In this document: positions 17,214-27,428 of the stretch, in pieces
How the letters are laid out: every line of letters begins with the position of its first letter
Position numbering within the stretch: position 1 is the stretch's first letter
NCBI GenBank assembly: GCA_033763455.1
Contig: JANRKO010000047.1
Span: forward strand, 32,001 to 96,000
Length of the DNA stretch: 64,000 nt
Source of the DNA: Polyangiaceae bacterium
GTDB taxonomy: Bacteria; Myxococcota_A; Polyangia; Polyangiales; Polyangiaceae
Reading direction: 5' to 3'
Program-made: the position numbers and the translations under genes
Notes under the pieces: model-generated
Told to the model about the DNA's origin: nothing
Seen by the model: only the letters and a program-made list of their open reading frames with translations
Database searches by the model: none

Positions 17214-20200
17214 CTACCTGAGCTCAGCTATACTTTGGCCAAACATCCGCTCCAGGCTCGCCAAGATGCCGTCGGTGGGAGTGATGCGAGCGCCCGGCAA
17301 ATCCAGGATCACCTGCGCACCATCCGGGAGCGCGAGCACCAACTCCACCGGGCAAGGCCCGGGGGACCCCTCAAGCAGCGCTTTTAGGCCCTCCAGCTGG
17401 CCCCGCTCCGCGCGCTCTGCATTGAGGCGCAAGCTCATAGAACGGGTGGTTTTCAATACCGCATCTGCCAAAGGCTCTACCGAATCCACGAGCAGAGTCG
17501 GCTCCGCCTCGGCGTCCGGTTCATCGGTGACCGGGAAGCTCACCTTGCCCGTAACGAGTACAGGCTCCCCGCGGTTCAGCAAGGCGCCGTAGGTTTCAAT
17601 GCGATCTTGGCGCAACTTGGCGTGCACGCGCCCCTCGGTATCCTCAAGCTCAAAAAAGGCCGCCTTTCCTCCCTTTCCACCCTTGAAGATCTTCTCTTGG
17701 TAGTTCTCCACCATGCCCGCGACCACGGCCATCGACCACGGCTTGGCCTCACCCAGCTTGGCGGTTGAAATCGCCCCCAACCGGCTTGATTTATTGCCGT
17801 AGCGATACAACGGGTGTCCTGAAACGTAGCAGCCAAGCGCGCTTTTCTCCCGACGCAGCAACTCGAAGCCATCCCATTCCGTTGGGCGGGGATATTCGTC
17901 GGCTGGTGCTGCGCGAACGGGATCTTTGGCGGCTGCTTGGTCGAACATTCCAAATAAAGTCGTCTGGCCGCGCTCACGATCCCGGGTCGCGTAACGAGAT
18001 CTTTCGAGAGCGCGATCGATTGCGGCAAATGCACGCGCTCGCGTGATGCCCTTGGGTTCGAGCGCTGAATCAAAAGCCCCGCACTGCACGAGGGACTCGA
18101 GCACGCCTTTATTCAGACGCTTTGCGTCCACGCGCGAGGCAAAATCAAACAGATCTTCGAATTTCCCGCCGGCTTCCCGAGCGTCAAACATGGTTTCCAG
18201 CGCGGCCTCGCCCACGCCCCGCACGGCTCCCAATCCGAAGCGCACCTGGGGACCAAAGCGATCCCGCACCTTACCTGGGCCACGGGCTGGCCCCTGGCCG
18301 CGTGGGAACTTGTAGACCACCGAAAAATCTGTCGCACTCGCGTTAATATCCGGCGGCAAAACACTCACGCCCCACGCACGCGCTTCGGCAATCGTGCGCA
18401 CCACTTTTTCGATTTTTTCGCGATCTGCAGTCATCACCCCGGCAAAAAACTCCGCTGGGTAGTGCGCCTTCAGATACGCCGTGTGGTACGTGACAAGTGC
18501 ATAAGCTGCCGAATGGCTCTTGTTGAAGCCGTAAGATGCAAAGCCCTCGATCTCGCGAAAAATGGACGAGGATTGCTCTTCGGAAACGCCGTTCTTGAGT
18601 GCCCCTTGCACAAAGAGTGCTTGCTGCTTCTGCATCTCTTCGGCTTTTTTCTTGCCCATTGCCCGTCGCAAGAGGTCAGCGCCGCCGAGCGAAAACCCGG
18701 CCAAGTGTTGAGCTATTTGCATTACCTGCTCTTGGTACACAGGCACGCCATAGGTAGGAGCTAACACCGCATCCACCAGTGGATGAAGCTTGCGGATAGC
18801 CTTACGCCCGTGTTTGCCGCCGACAAAATCGTCGATCATGCCGGTGCCAAGAGGGCCCGGCCGGTACAGGGCCACCGCGGCCACAATGTCTTCGAAACAA
18901 TCCGGCTTCAACTGACGCAAAAGGGTTTGCATGCCGCTCGATTCAAGCTGAAACACGTTCGTAGTTTCACCACTTGAGATGAGGGCGTAGGTGTCACGAT
19001 CTTCGAGGGAGATCTTCGACAGATCCAGCGGGGAGCCTTGGCGATCCGGCCGCGCGTTCACGAAACGCTGGACGATATCGATAACGGTGAGGGTTTTTAG
19101 GCCCAAAAAGTCGAATTTTACGAGGCCAGCAGCCTCGACGTCGTCTTTGTCGTATTGGGTAACGATCACATCCCCGTTGCGAAAACAGGGCACGTGGGTG
19201 ACGAGCGGGCCGTCGCTGATAACGACGCCGGCCGCGTGAGTGCCTGCGTGGCGCGTCAGATCTTCTAGCTTTTGGGCCTGTTTGATCAGCTCCGCCACGC
19301 GCGGCTCAGCTTCTACGCGCTGACGCAACTTGGGCTCCGCCACCAACGCTTCGGTGATGGTGCACATTTTTCCCTGGCCTTTGGAGGGGATGAGGCTGGC
19401 AATTCGCTGGGCTTCGGGGGCAGGAAAGCTCATCGCCCGCGCGACGTCTTTGATCACGCTTCGCGCTTTGAGATTTTGGAAGGTGGCAATCTGGCCCACG
19501 CTCTGTTGGCCATATTTTGCGGCAACGTACGTAATGACTTCATCGCGCCGCGCCATGCAAAAATCGACGTCGAAGTCAGGCATGCTGACGCGTTCTGGGT
19601 TTAAGAATCGCTCAAACAAGAGGTTGTACGGCAACGGATCGATTTCGGTAATGCCCATCGAATAAGCGACGAGCGACCCTGCACCCGAACCGCGGCCTGG
19701 CCCCACCGGAATCCCCCTCGCCTTCGCTTCCCGGATAAAATCCCAAACGATCAAGAAGTAGCCTGGGTACTTCATCTCGATGATAACACCGACCTCACGA
19801 TCCAAGCGTTCGCGGTAAATGGCCTCGTTGAACGAGCGACCTATCAGGCGAAAATCTGCGAACCTTTTCTCAAGCCCCTCCAAGGCGACGTGGCGGAAAT
19901 AGCTGGCATCGTTGTAGCCCTCGGGAATGGGAAACTCCGGCAGCATGGCCCCGCCGAGATCGAGCTTGAGGCCCGAGCACATCTCAGAAACCAGCATCGT
20001 ATTCTTGATGGCTGCTGGATAATCGCGAAATAACTCGGCCATCTCAGAGGGAGACTTGAGGTACATCTCGCTGCTCTGATGATGATGCCCGTGTGACTCA
20101 TCGAAAGTGCGCCCGAGCCGAATGCATTCCAGGTAACGCTGGGCTTCGGCGTCGTCGCGGTTCAAGAACTGCACGTCGTTGCTAGCGACCGTGGGCAAGC

Positions 20201-20774
20201 CAAGCCGGCCTGCGGCTTCGGCTAGAATCGAATTGACCAAAGGCTGTTCGGGGAATCCGTGATCTTGGAGTTCTACGAACAAGTGCCCGGGATCGAACAT
20301 GTCCCGGAGCTCCGCTAACATCGGCTCCCCGCGCTCGGGGCCGAACTCCAAGATGGTTTGAGCCATTACCCCGCCCAAACACCCCGTGAGGGCGACATTG
20401 CCCGCGGCGTGTTTGGCGACCTGATCGAGTGTAACACTGGGCGTATCGACGTTTGCCGAATCCAGATAACCCAGCGAAACGAGCTGTATCAGGTTCTTGT
20501 AGCCCTCAGCGTTCGAGGCCAACATTACTAAATGGTCAACAACCGAAGGGTTGTTGCGGCGAGCGACGTTCAGCTCACAGCCAAGGATCGGGCGAATTCC
20601 AGCCTTCTTGCAGGCATTGTAGTGCCGGATGGCCCCATACATGTTCGCGTGGTCAGTAATCGCCACAGCAGTCATTCCGCGGCGTTCCGCCTCCACGGCG
20701 AGCTCCCCCACTCGCACCATGCTGACGAGAAACGAGTATTGCGTGTGCGCGTGGAGGTGGACGAACTCTGCCAC
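17214..20774 (-). CDS. dnaE: DNA polymerase III alpha subunit
   Basis: PHP HLHAHTQYS, GPGRGSGAGS, FERFLNPERVSMPDFDVDF, KFDFLGL, YGFNKSH; start estimated at GTG 20774. Confidence 0.98.
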   Translation of the reverse strand: MAEFVHLHAHTQYSFLVSMVRVGELAVEAERRGMTAVAITDHANMYGAIRHYNACKKAGIRPILGCELNVARRNNPSVVDHLVMLASNAEGYKNLIQLVSLGYLDSANVDTPSVTLDQVAKHAAGNVALTGCLGGVMAQTILEFGPERGEPMLAELRDMFDPGHLFVELQDHGFPEQPLVNSILAEAAGRLGLPTVASNDVQFLNRDDAEAQRYLECIRLGRTFDESHGHHHQSSEMYLKSPSEMAELFRDYPAAIKNTMLVSEMCSGLKLDLGGAMLPEFPIPEGYNDASYFRHVALEGLEKRFADFRLIGRSFNEAIYRERLDREVGVIIEMKYPGYFLIVWDFIREAKARGIPVGPGRGSGAGSLVAYSMGITEIDPLPYNLLFERFLNPERVSMPDFDVDFCMARRDEVITYVAAKYGQQSVGQIATFQNLKARSVIKDVARAMSFPAPEAQRIASLIPSKGQGKMCTITEALVAEPKLRQRVEAEPRVAELIKQAQKLEDLTRHAGTHAAGVVISDGPLVTHVPCFRNGDVIVTQYDKDDVEAAGLVKFDFLGLKTLTVIDIVQRFVNARPDRQGSPLDLSKISLEDRDTYALISSGETTNVFQLESSGMQTLLRQLKPDCFEDIVAAVALYRPGPLGTGMIDDFVGGKHGRKAIRKLHPLVDAVLAPTYGVPVYQEQVMQIAQHLAGFSLGGADLLRRAMGKKKAEEMQKQQALFVQGALKNGVSEEQSSSIFREIEGFASYGFNKSHSAAYALVTYHTAYLKAHYPAEFFAGVMTADREKIEKVVRTIAEARAWGVSVLPPDINASATDFSVVYKFPRGQGPARGPGKVRDRFGPQVRFGLGAVRGVGEAALETMFDAREAGGKFEDLFDFASRVDAKRLNKGVLESLVQCGAFDSALEPKGITRARAFAAIDRALERSRYATRDRERGQTTLFGMFDQAAAKDPVRAAPADEYPRPTEWDGFELLRREKSALGCYVSGHPLYRYGNKSSRLGAISTAKLGEAKPWSMAVVAGMVENYQEKIFKGGKGGKAAFFELEDTEGRVHAKLRQDRIETYGALLNRGEPVLVTGKVSFPVTDEPDAEAEPTLLVDSVEPLADAVLKTTRSMSLRLNAERAERGQLEGLKALLEGSPGPCPVELVLALPDGAQVILDLPGARITPTDGILASLERMFGQSIAELR

Positions 20775-20939
20775 TAGGCCTTTGGAGTACACCCGCGGTC
20801 ATCCTGGAGGAAGCCATCACCCACCTCGAGGCGTCCGTGCCGCAGGGTCAGGCCCGATGGCCGATGTAAAAAGGACTACCATGTGGGCCGTCATCCAATT
20901 GTAGGCTGCGGCCCGCGCTCGACGTGCTATGTGGCCCCC

Positions 20940-21452
20940 ATGCGCATCCCTGTCCTTGCGATGACGCTCGTGACCACCCTGGCGTTCGCCTGCGAGAAGC
21001 CCGCACCTGACCTCCGCGAATGGCGCGTCTCGGACCACGATCAGCCTCCATCACAGGGGCAGGTCGCACCCAGTGCCCCTCCTCCTGCCGAAACGGCAGC
21101 GGCGGGAGCTGCTGGGTTGCCGACAACCGTCAACCAAGCGTTGGCCCATCGCGGTCTCAATGAACAAATCCTGCAAGTGTGGGTTGAACGCTGTACAAGC
21201 TGCCACGGCACCATTGGCCGGGGAGATGGCCCGCAGGGCGCCATGTTTCGGGCGCGGGACCTGAGCGATCCAGGTTGGCAGCAATCGGTAACGGACGCGA
21301 GCATCGAGGTGAGCATCACCAAGGGCAAGGGAGCGATGCCAGGTTTCGCGCTGCCACCCGAGACGCTTGCAGGAATGGTTAGGCTGGTGCGGCTTTTTGC
21401 TCAGCGTAGTCCTGCACCCGGCACAGCGGTGCCCCAAGGAGCCGCCCCATGA
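20940..21452 (+). CDS. Monoheme cytochrome c lipoprotein
   Basis: Lipobox AFAC; CTSCH; distal Met in GAMP. Confidence 0.9.
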   Translation: MRIPVLAMTLVTTLAFACEKPAPDLREWRVSDHDQPPSQGQVAPSAPPPAETAAAGAAGLPTTVNQALAHRGLNEQILQVWVERCTSCHGTIGRGDGPQGAMFRARDLSDPGWQQSVTDASIEVSITKGKGAMPGFALPPETLAGMVRLVRLFAQRSPAPGTAVPQGAAP

Positions 21453-21862
21453 GCAAGCCCTGGTGGCGCTCGCTAGTGGGGCGAGCCTCTCTCCTTGGGG
21501 GCGTGCTCGCACTCGTCACCTTGATTGGGCCTCGTATGCCGCATGAGCAAGAGCTCGCTTTCAACCTCGGCAAGGCAGAAGCACAGCAGCTCGAAGTCAG
21601 TTGGACGCCCGAGTCGGAAGTGGAAGCGCAGGGCGGATTTTCCCTCAACCTTGCGGCTAAACCGTCGCGAATCGTCCGGCATACGGCCGAGCTCCCCAAT
21701 GGGAGCTATCGCTTCGATATCGTCGTCACCCCATCGCCGATCGCGCCCGCCGTAGAGGCAAAACAGGCGAGCAATTCGTCACCAACTCCTTCCGCTTCGA
21801 CAACCACCTATGTCCGTCGCGTAACGCTGGAGGGTGGCCCCACCACCATCCACCTACCGTAA
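21449..21862 (+). CDS. Hypothetical membrane-anchored protein
   Basis: ATGA-coupled to the cytochrome c gene; N-terminal TM. Confidence 0.7.
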   Translation: MSKPWWRSLVGRASLLGGVLALVTLIGPRMPHEQELAFNLGKAEAQQLEVSWTPESEVEAQGGFSLNLAAKPSRIVRHTAELPNGSYRFDIVVTPSPIAPAVEAKQASNSSPTPSASTTTYVRRVTLEGGPTTIHLP

Positions 21863-21872
21863 GGCCCACCAA

Positions 21873-22802
21873 GTGACAGACCCAACGCGTCCCAACCCCG
21901 GTCCCACGCCCACCGCCAACCATCTGGTCGCTTTGAGCGAACCCATGCGGCAGCTTGCTTCCCAGGTTGACCGAGCAGCATCTGCAGCGGGAGCCGTCCT
22001 CATCCTGGGGGAACGCGGTGCGGGTCGTACCTTCGTCGCCCGCGCGCTCCACCACCGCAGCCCCCACGGCAAGGCGCCGTTTGTGGCACTGGATCTGTCC
22101 GAAGTTTCCCTCCAACACCAGCGCGACGTTCTCTTCGGGCGCGCGAGCCTGGTCGACTTAGATGGAACACTTTGTCTCAAAGAAATCGAGCATTTAGCGC
22201 CAGAACTTCAAGTGGAACTTTCTCAGAGAATTGGACGCACGGGCAGCCGAATCGTCGCAACCTCCGCCCGGCCGCTTGAGCAGTGGGCGGGTGCAGGTGC
22301 CTTTAGCGTGCAGCTCTTAGGGGTATTCAGTGACCGGCTTCGTGTTCCTGCCCTGAGGGAGCGGCAAGAGGATCTGGCGGAGTTGGTGCGAACCCTCACG
22401 CGGGAGGCGTGCGCCGCTGCACGACGGAACACCCTGACTCCCTCCGAAGCCTTCATCCTTGCGCTCTCCCGATACGATTTCCCCGGCAACATTACCCAGC
22501 TTCGAGCTGTATTGGATCGGGCCATCCAGCGAGTGGGCGTCGAAGAGGAGCTCGGAACTAGTGCCCTGAGCTCGATTAGCGAATTCCGAGAGCCGGGTGC
22601 ATTTTCGGCATCGCTTTCCTATCGCGACACGCGGACGCACTTCGAAAACGGGTTCGAAAAGGCTTACGTATCCTGGTTGCTCGAACGCCACCAAGACAAC
22701 ATCAGTGCGGCCGCCCGCGAGGCGCGCATGGACCGCAAGCACCTCTACGACCTCGCGCGCAAACACGGACTACGCCGGCCCCGAGGCCTAGAAGATGATT
22801 AA
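21873..22802 (+). CDS. Degenerate sigma-54 activator-like AAA+/Fis-HTH regulator
   Basis: VLILGERGAGRT, VPALRER, FPGNITQL, NISAAAREARMDRKHLY; no GAFTGA. Confidence 0.85.
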   Translation: MTDPTRPNPGPTPTANHLVALSEPMRQLASQVDRAASAAGAVLILGERGAGRTFVARALHHRSPHGKAPFVALDLSEVSLQHQRDVLFGRASLVDLDGTLCLKEIEHLAPELQVELSQRIGRTGSRIVATSARPLEQWAGAGAFSVQLLGVFSDRLRVPALRERQEDLAELVRTLTREACAAARRNTLTPSEAFILALSRYDFPGNITQLRAVLDRAIQRVGVEEELGTSALSSISEFREPGAFSASLSYRDTRTHFENGFEKAYVSWLLERHQDNISAAAREARMDRKHLYDLARKHGLRRPRGLEDD

Positions 22803-23010
22803 GTGGCTGATTTTGAGGGATAGGACCGGTATGTGTTCCAATCCCCCTTGAAGCCAGCGACGCGGTGCGGCTATCTCTTGGCCATACGAGGCGCCGTGTG
22901 GCATCTTATCCTACATCAGATTACATTAGCTCTTAGCAACGTGGCCTCGCCGGTGTCGGCGTGAGGCCCTTGGGGGAAACCCTTGGTCTGTTATTGGAGT
23001 GACAATACGC

Positions 23011-23187
23011 ATGAAGTTTAACCTCTACCACCTGCTAGCTCTTGTTTGCCTCGGAGCGGCAGCGCTCGCTGGTTCGATCGGCATGCAGCTGGCCGTGTTG
23101 GGCGTGACGCTCGGCATTTTCTTTGGAACACTTTCCCTCCGTAGCCCTGCTGCTTCGGAAGCACCCAGCGCCAATACGGGTACCTAA
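23011..23187 (+). CDS. Small membrane protein (58 aa)
   Basis: RBS GGAG; two hydrophobic segments. Confidence 0.6.
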   Translation: MKFNLYHLLALVCLGAAALAGSIGMQLAVLGVTLGIFFGTLSLRSPAASEAPSANTGT

Positions 23188-23255
23188 CGGACCAGTTCGA
23201 TAGCACCCCACCGCGCTCGTCCCGCGAGCCCCGGGCGAGCGCGATCCCGCCGCCG

Positions 23256-24320
23256 ATGCTGAAGAGCATCCGCGATTTGCTGTTGCCCGAGGTCGAGGCT
23301 ATTCGGCTTATTCTCCGCGGCGGTTCGGTGGTCGATTGGCATCGGCTCCAGTTTACGAGTTCAACCGAAATTGAACGTTTCCTGGCCACACAGGAGCTTT
23401 CGCTCGAAAATCCCAGCGACCGCGCGTACCTGGACCACGTGCGGGAGGCGGCCATCGAGTACCTCCGCCGCAACTTCTCCTTCTCAATCCCCAAGCCCAT
23501 CGAGCGTGCGCCGGTCGATCAGCTAATGCTCATCGCCTCCGGACAGGCGGAATCGAATCATCGCCAGCTGTGCGCCTGCACGGTATTGAAGACGCTGCAC
23601 ATCATCCACCACATGTCCGGCCGCGAGCTTTTGTTTCGTTTGCCGGTGAGCGACCACGACCTCTTCCACTTGGTTGAAGAGAAGGTTTATCGCGTCGTTG
23701 GTACGATGCTAAGTGCTGGCTTTCCAATCACGGAGTTCATTGGCGGCCGCAAGAATCTCGACTCCACGTATACCAAGCTCTTATCCAAACGCGAGGCCAC
23801 GGCCTCGGCCCTTTACGATAAGCTCCGCTTTCGGATCGTGACGCGCACCCGGGAAGATCTCTTGCCCGTCTTGAACTACCTAACCGAACGGGTGGTTCCA
23901 TTTAACTATGTGGTGCCCCTGCAGAGCAGCAACACCATCCTCGATTTTGCCGAGCTCTGCCGTCAGCACCCGCATTTGGGGCAGATGGCACCACATTTTC
24001 AGGGCGATACGGACGATATGTTGAGCACTGGGGACAACCGCTTCAGCGCCCCAAGCTATCGGGTCATCCACTTCGTGGCGGACATTCCGGTCCGAGTGCC
24101 GGAACACGTGATGGAGCAGGCTCCCGACGGCTGCGAGGCCCTCGGGCCCATTGTCTTCATGCTTTGCGAATTTCAGCTTCTTGATGCCGACAGCGATGCC
24201 GCCAACGAAACGGGCGACGCGAGCCACGAATCCTACAAGCAACGGCAGAGAGCAGCTGTTTTCCGCCGGCTTCGTATGGGCGTACGGCCCGAGAAATCGC
24301 CCGGGGACGCTGACTCGTAG
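23256..24320 (+). CDS. TIGR04552-like protein with RelA/SpoT synthetase-like motifs
   Basis: LILRGGSVVDW; GRKNLDSTYTKL, YDKLRFRIV, SYRVIH, EFQL, GDASHESYK. Confidence 0.8.
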   Translation: MLKSIRDLLLPEVEAIRLILRGGSVVDWHRLQFTSSTEIERFLATQELSLENPSDRAYLDHVREAAIEYLRRNFSFSIPKPIERAPVDQLMLIASGQAESNHRQLCACTVLKTLHIIHHMSGRELLFRLPVSDHDLFHLVEEKVYRVVGTMLSAGFPITEFIGGRKNLDSTYTKLLSKREATASALYDKLRFRIVTRTREDLLPVLNYLTERVVPFNYVVPLQSSNTILDFAELCRQHPHLGQMAPHFQGDTDDMLSTGDNRFSAPSYRVIHFVADIPVRVPEHVMEQAPDGCEALGPIVFMLCEFQLLDADSDAANETGDASHESYKQRQRAAVFRRLRMGVRPEKSPGDADS

Positions 24321-24419
24321 GGCATCCCGCCCAAGGGGGCGCTCAGAGCCGAAATACCGACGTGCTTTCAGCAGAATAGCGCTCCCTCGGGTCGCTTAAA
24401 TGCGCTACGAATCGAGGTC

Positions 24420-24929
24420 ATGCGGCTTGCAAGCTCCCGGGTGCCCGAAATCGTCCACGAAATGGTCGCCGCTCTTGTGGCCGGAGGGGACATCGAAACC
24501 GAGAGTCCCAAAGAGGTGGAACGCGACCTGGAGTCCGTCCTCAACCAATACATTGAGGACGAGCGGGAAATTACCGACCGCGCACGCGACATGATCGCAG
24601 CAAAAGGCCTCCCGCAGAGCGATATCGGCAAGATGCGACGCTCGCTCGCAGATCAACGTAAGCTCAAGCTCGACGACGAAGCGATCGACTACCTGCTCGA
24701 TCAGTTACTCGAAATGCTCATGCATTCGAATAACGTCGAAGAAATCTTCGCGGAAGACTTTCAGTTGCGAAAAAAAATGCGCGAGCCGCTCCGTAGGCAG
24801 GCCGACCTCGATGGGGAGCTTCAAGAAGCCGTGAGGAACCAGCTGAAGCACGTCAAAGAAGGCACCAGCACTTGGGAAATCGAGTACCGCCGAGTGATGG
24901 AGGATATCAAGCGTCGTAAGGGCCTTTAG
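24420..24929 (+). CDS. DUF507 family protein
   Basis: MRL...EIFAEDFQLR...EGTSTWEIEY...KRRKGL pattern. Confidence 0.75.
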   Translation: MRLASSRVPEIVHEMVAALVAGGDIETESPKEVERDLESVLNQYIEDEREITDRARDMIAAKGLPQSDIGKMRRSLADQRKLKLDDEAIDYLLDQLLEMLMHSNNVEEIFAEDFQLRKKMREPLRRQADLDGELQEAVRNQLKHVKEGTSTWEIEYRRVMEDIKRRKGL

Positions 24930-24934
24930 GCGCA

Positions 24935-25807
24935 GTGCTCAGCATGACGGGTTTTGGGGTGGGTGTATCACCCTACGGAAGCGGCCGAATCCTGGCCGAA
25001 ATTCGTGCACTCAATCATCGCTTCACGGATGTGCGCGTGCGTACGCCCGATACTCTCAGCGGGGAAACGTTGTTCGTTGAACAGCTAGTGCGAACTCACC
25101 TGTCTCGCGGGCGCTTAGACGTGGGCATTCGCTTCGAAGGAGTGGAGCCCGCCTCGGTGGAGTTGGATCCAGGTCGAGTGCGGCGGCTGTATCAGCTGCT
25201 TTCCGCGCTCAAAGAAGAGTTAGCTCCCGAATCAGCGCTCACACTGGATGCGGTGCTAAGAGCGCCAGAATTAGTCACCGTGCACACCGGTCAAGACATT
25301 GACCAAATCCGCGCGGTGTTAACTAGCGCCGTAGAAGCGGCAATCTCGAACCTAAACGAAATGCGGACTCGCGAAGGGCAAACGTTGGCCGCTGAGCTCG
25401 CGGCTCGCCTGGAAAACGCTCGAAAGCTGCTGGGCGAGGTACGGAGCCGAACGGCCGAGGGTAAAAGCGCCTACCGGGAGCGGGTGCAGGCCCGCCTCCA
25501 GCACTTATTGCGGGAAGTGAAGGCCCCCATCGACGAAGGGCGGCTAGAGGTAGAGCTTGCGCTCTTGGCTGAGCGCTCCGACATCACCGAAGAAATGGTG
25601 CGGCTCGAAAGCCATTTTGAGCAATTTGGACGCGTGCTCAAGGAGCCCGGTGCGGTGGGGCGAAAGTTGGAATTTTTGCTCCAAGAAATGGCCCGGGAAG
25701 CCAATACCATCGGAGCCAAAAGCCAGAGTGCAAGTGTGAATCACCTAGCGCTTGAGATCAAAGTCGAGCTCGAGCGCATGCGGGAACAGGTACAAAATGT
25801 CGAATAA
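24935..25807 (+). CDS. yicC: YicC/YloC family endoribonuclease
   Basis: SMTGFG, NHRF, DITEEMVRL, GRKLEFLLQEMAREANT, REQVQNVE. Confidence 0.95.
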   Translation: MLSMTGFGVGVSPYGSGRILAEIRALNHRFTDVRVRTPDTLSGETLFVEQLVRTHLSRGRLDVGIRFEGVEPASVELDPGRVRRLYQLLSALKEELAPESALTLDAVLRAPELVTVHTGQDIDQIRAVLTSAVEAAISNLNEMRTREGQTLAAELAARLENARKLLGEVRSRTAEGKSAYRERVQARLQHLLREVKAPIDEGRLEVELALLAERSDITEEMVRLESHFEQFGRVLKEPGAVGRKLEFLLQEMAREANTIGAKSQSASVNHLALEIKVELERMREQVQNVE

Positions 25808-26426
25808 CGGTCCGCTCTTGTTGATCGTCTCTTCCCCTTCCGGGGCAGGCAAAACAACGCTGACGGCGAGGTTGCTGAAAAGCATCGAAAACGTCCGCTT
25901 CAGCATTTCGCATACCACCCGGAAGCCTCGCGGCAACGAAGAAAATGGGCGCGAATACCACTTCGTAACGCGCCCTGAATTCGAACACCTCATAGCCCAA
26001 GAAGAATTCGTCGAATGGGCCGAGGTGCATGGCAACCTCTACGGAACCAGCAAGCGTGAACTAGAAAGCGCTTCGAGCGCTCGGGGGATCCTGTTTGATA
26101 TCGACCACCAAGGCGCGCGCCAGATCAAGAGTTCTCGCCCAGATGCAGTAGGTGTCTTCATCTTGCCCCCCAGCATGGATGTGCTTTTGAAGCGTCTGCG
26201 GGGGCGTGCAAGCGAGGACGAAGAGACGGTGCAGCGACGCTTCAATGTCGCACGCACCGAAATTGCTCATTATGGCCTCTTTGATTACGTGCTCGTAAAC
26301 GACGACCTCGATGAGGCCACCGACAAATTGCTCGGCATTTTTCGAGCCGAAGAGTGCAAAAGGGCCCGGGCAGCCAGATTCGCCGAACAGCTCCTGGCGA
26401 TGGGTCGCGAATTTGGCGGCGCATAA
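25797..26426 (+). CDS. gmk: Guanylate kinase
   Basis: SPSGAGKTT, SHTTRKPR, EYHFV, HGNLYGT, FILPPS. Confidence 0.97.
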   Translation: MSNNGPLLLIVSSPSGAGKTTLTARLLKSIENVRFSISHTTRKPRGNEENGREYHFVTRPEFEHLIAQEEFVEWAEVHGNLYGTSKRELESASSARGILFDIDHQGARQIKSSRPDAVGVFILPPSMDVLLKRLRGRASEDEETVQRRFNVARTEIAHYGLFDYVLVNDDLDEATDKLLGIFRAEECKRARAARFAEQLLAMGREFGGA

Positions 26427-26491
26427 AGCGTGGTGATGCCAAGATTCTTGCTTGAACCTCAAGCTCCCCTGCGACAGAGTTGGGCACCCCG

Positions 26492-27415
26492 ATGACTCCT
26501 TCCCATAGCAAATCTGTTCTCATCATTGGTTCGATGGCGTTCGACGACCTCGAACTCCCGTCCGGCTCCTTCACGGATGTAGTGGGAGGCTCCGCAACCT
26601 ATTGCGCGTACGCCGCCAGCCTGTTCGCCAAGGCGAGCGTAGTCGCTGTCGTTGGGGCAGATTTCCCGAAAGCTACGCTTGATTCGCTCGGGCGGCGCGG
26701 CGTGAACACCGAGGGCATCGAACAAGTTCCCGGAAAAACCTTTCGATGGAAGGGCCGCTACGCGAGCAACCTAGCAAGCCGCACGACGCTCGACACGCAG
26801 CTGAATGTCTTCGCTGATTTTCGCCCGAAGCTCCCGAACAATGTCCGCAAGTGCACGCACCTTTTGCTCGGCAATATCCACCCCGCGCTTCAACTCGAGG
26901 TTCTGGATCAGGTAGAGAATCCCGAATTCGTCGCGGCCGATACGATGAATTTCTGGATCGAAGGCGAACGCGCAACCCTAGAGCGCGTGCTCAAACGCAT
27001 TGGCTGCTTGGTCGTAAACGACGAAGAGATCCGCCAGCTCTCGGGTGAACACAACATCAAGAAGGCTGCTGCACGCGTCCAACAGATGGGCCCCAAGCGC
27101 GTCATCGTAAAACGCGGCGAATATGGCGCTCTGCTCTTCGACGAACACGGCGTCTTTTTTGCCCCCGCCTATCCCCTAGAGGCTGAGGTAGATCCAACGG
27201 GTGCGGGTGATACCTTCGCCGGCGCATTCATGGGCTTTCTTGCCAGCGAGGGCGAATACGACCGCTCCTCGCTACGCCGTGCACTGATGATGGCCGCCAC
27301 GGTTGCGTCGTTTTGCGTCGAAAGTGTTGGTACCGAGCGCCTCGCTTCGCTCGGCCGTGACGATGTAGCGGCGCGGCTAGATTCGCTCCGAAGCCTCGTA
27401 CACTTCGGAGCTTAG
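26492..27415 (+). CDS. PfkB family carbohydrate/nucleoside kinase
   Basis: GGSATY, DPTGAGDTFAG. Confidence 0.93.
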   Translation: MTPSHSKSVLIIGSMAFDDLELPSGSFTDVVGGSATYCAYAASLFAKASVVAVVGADFPKATLDSLGRRGVNTEGIEQVPGKTFRWKGRYASNLASRTTLDTQLNVFADFRPKLPNNVRKCTHLLLGNIHPALQLEVLDQVENPEFVAADTMNFWIEGERATLERVLKRIGCLVVNDEEIRQLSGEHNIKKAAARVQQMGPKRVIVKRGEYGALLFDEHGVFFAPAYPLEAEVDPTGAGDTFAGAFMGFLASEGEYDRSSLRRALMMAATVASFCVESVGTERLASLGRDDVAARLDSLRSLVHFGA

Positions 27416-27428
27416 GCAGCTTTGGCGT

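Noticed and set aside
17214..20774. Intein or dnaE2/imuABC cassette
   Set aside because: Length and PHP motifs fit the replicative DnaE; no intein motifs; no imuA/imuB neighbours.
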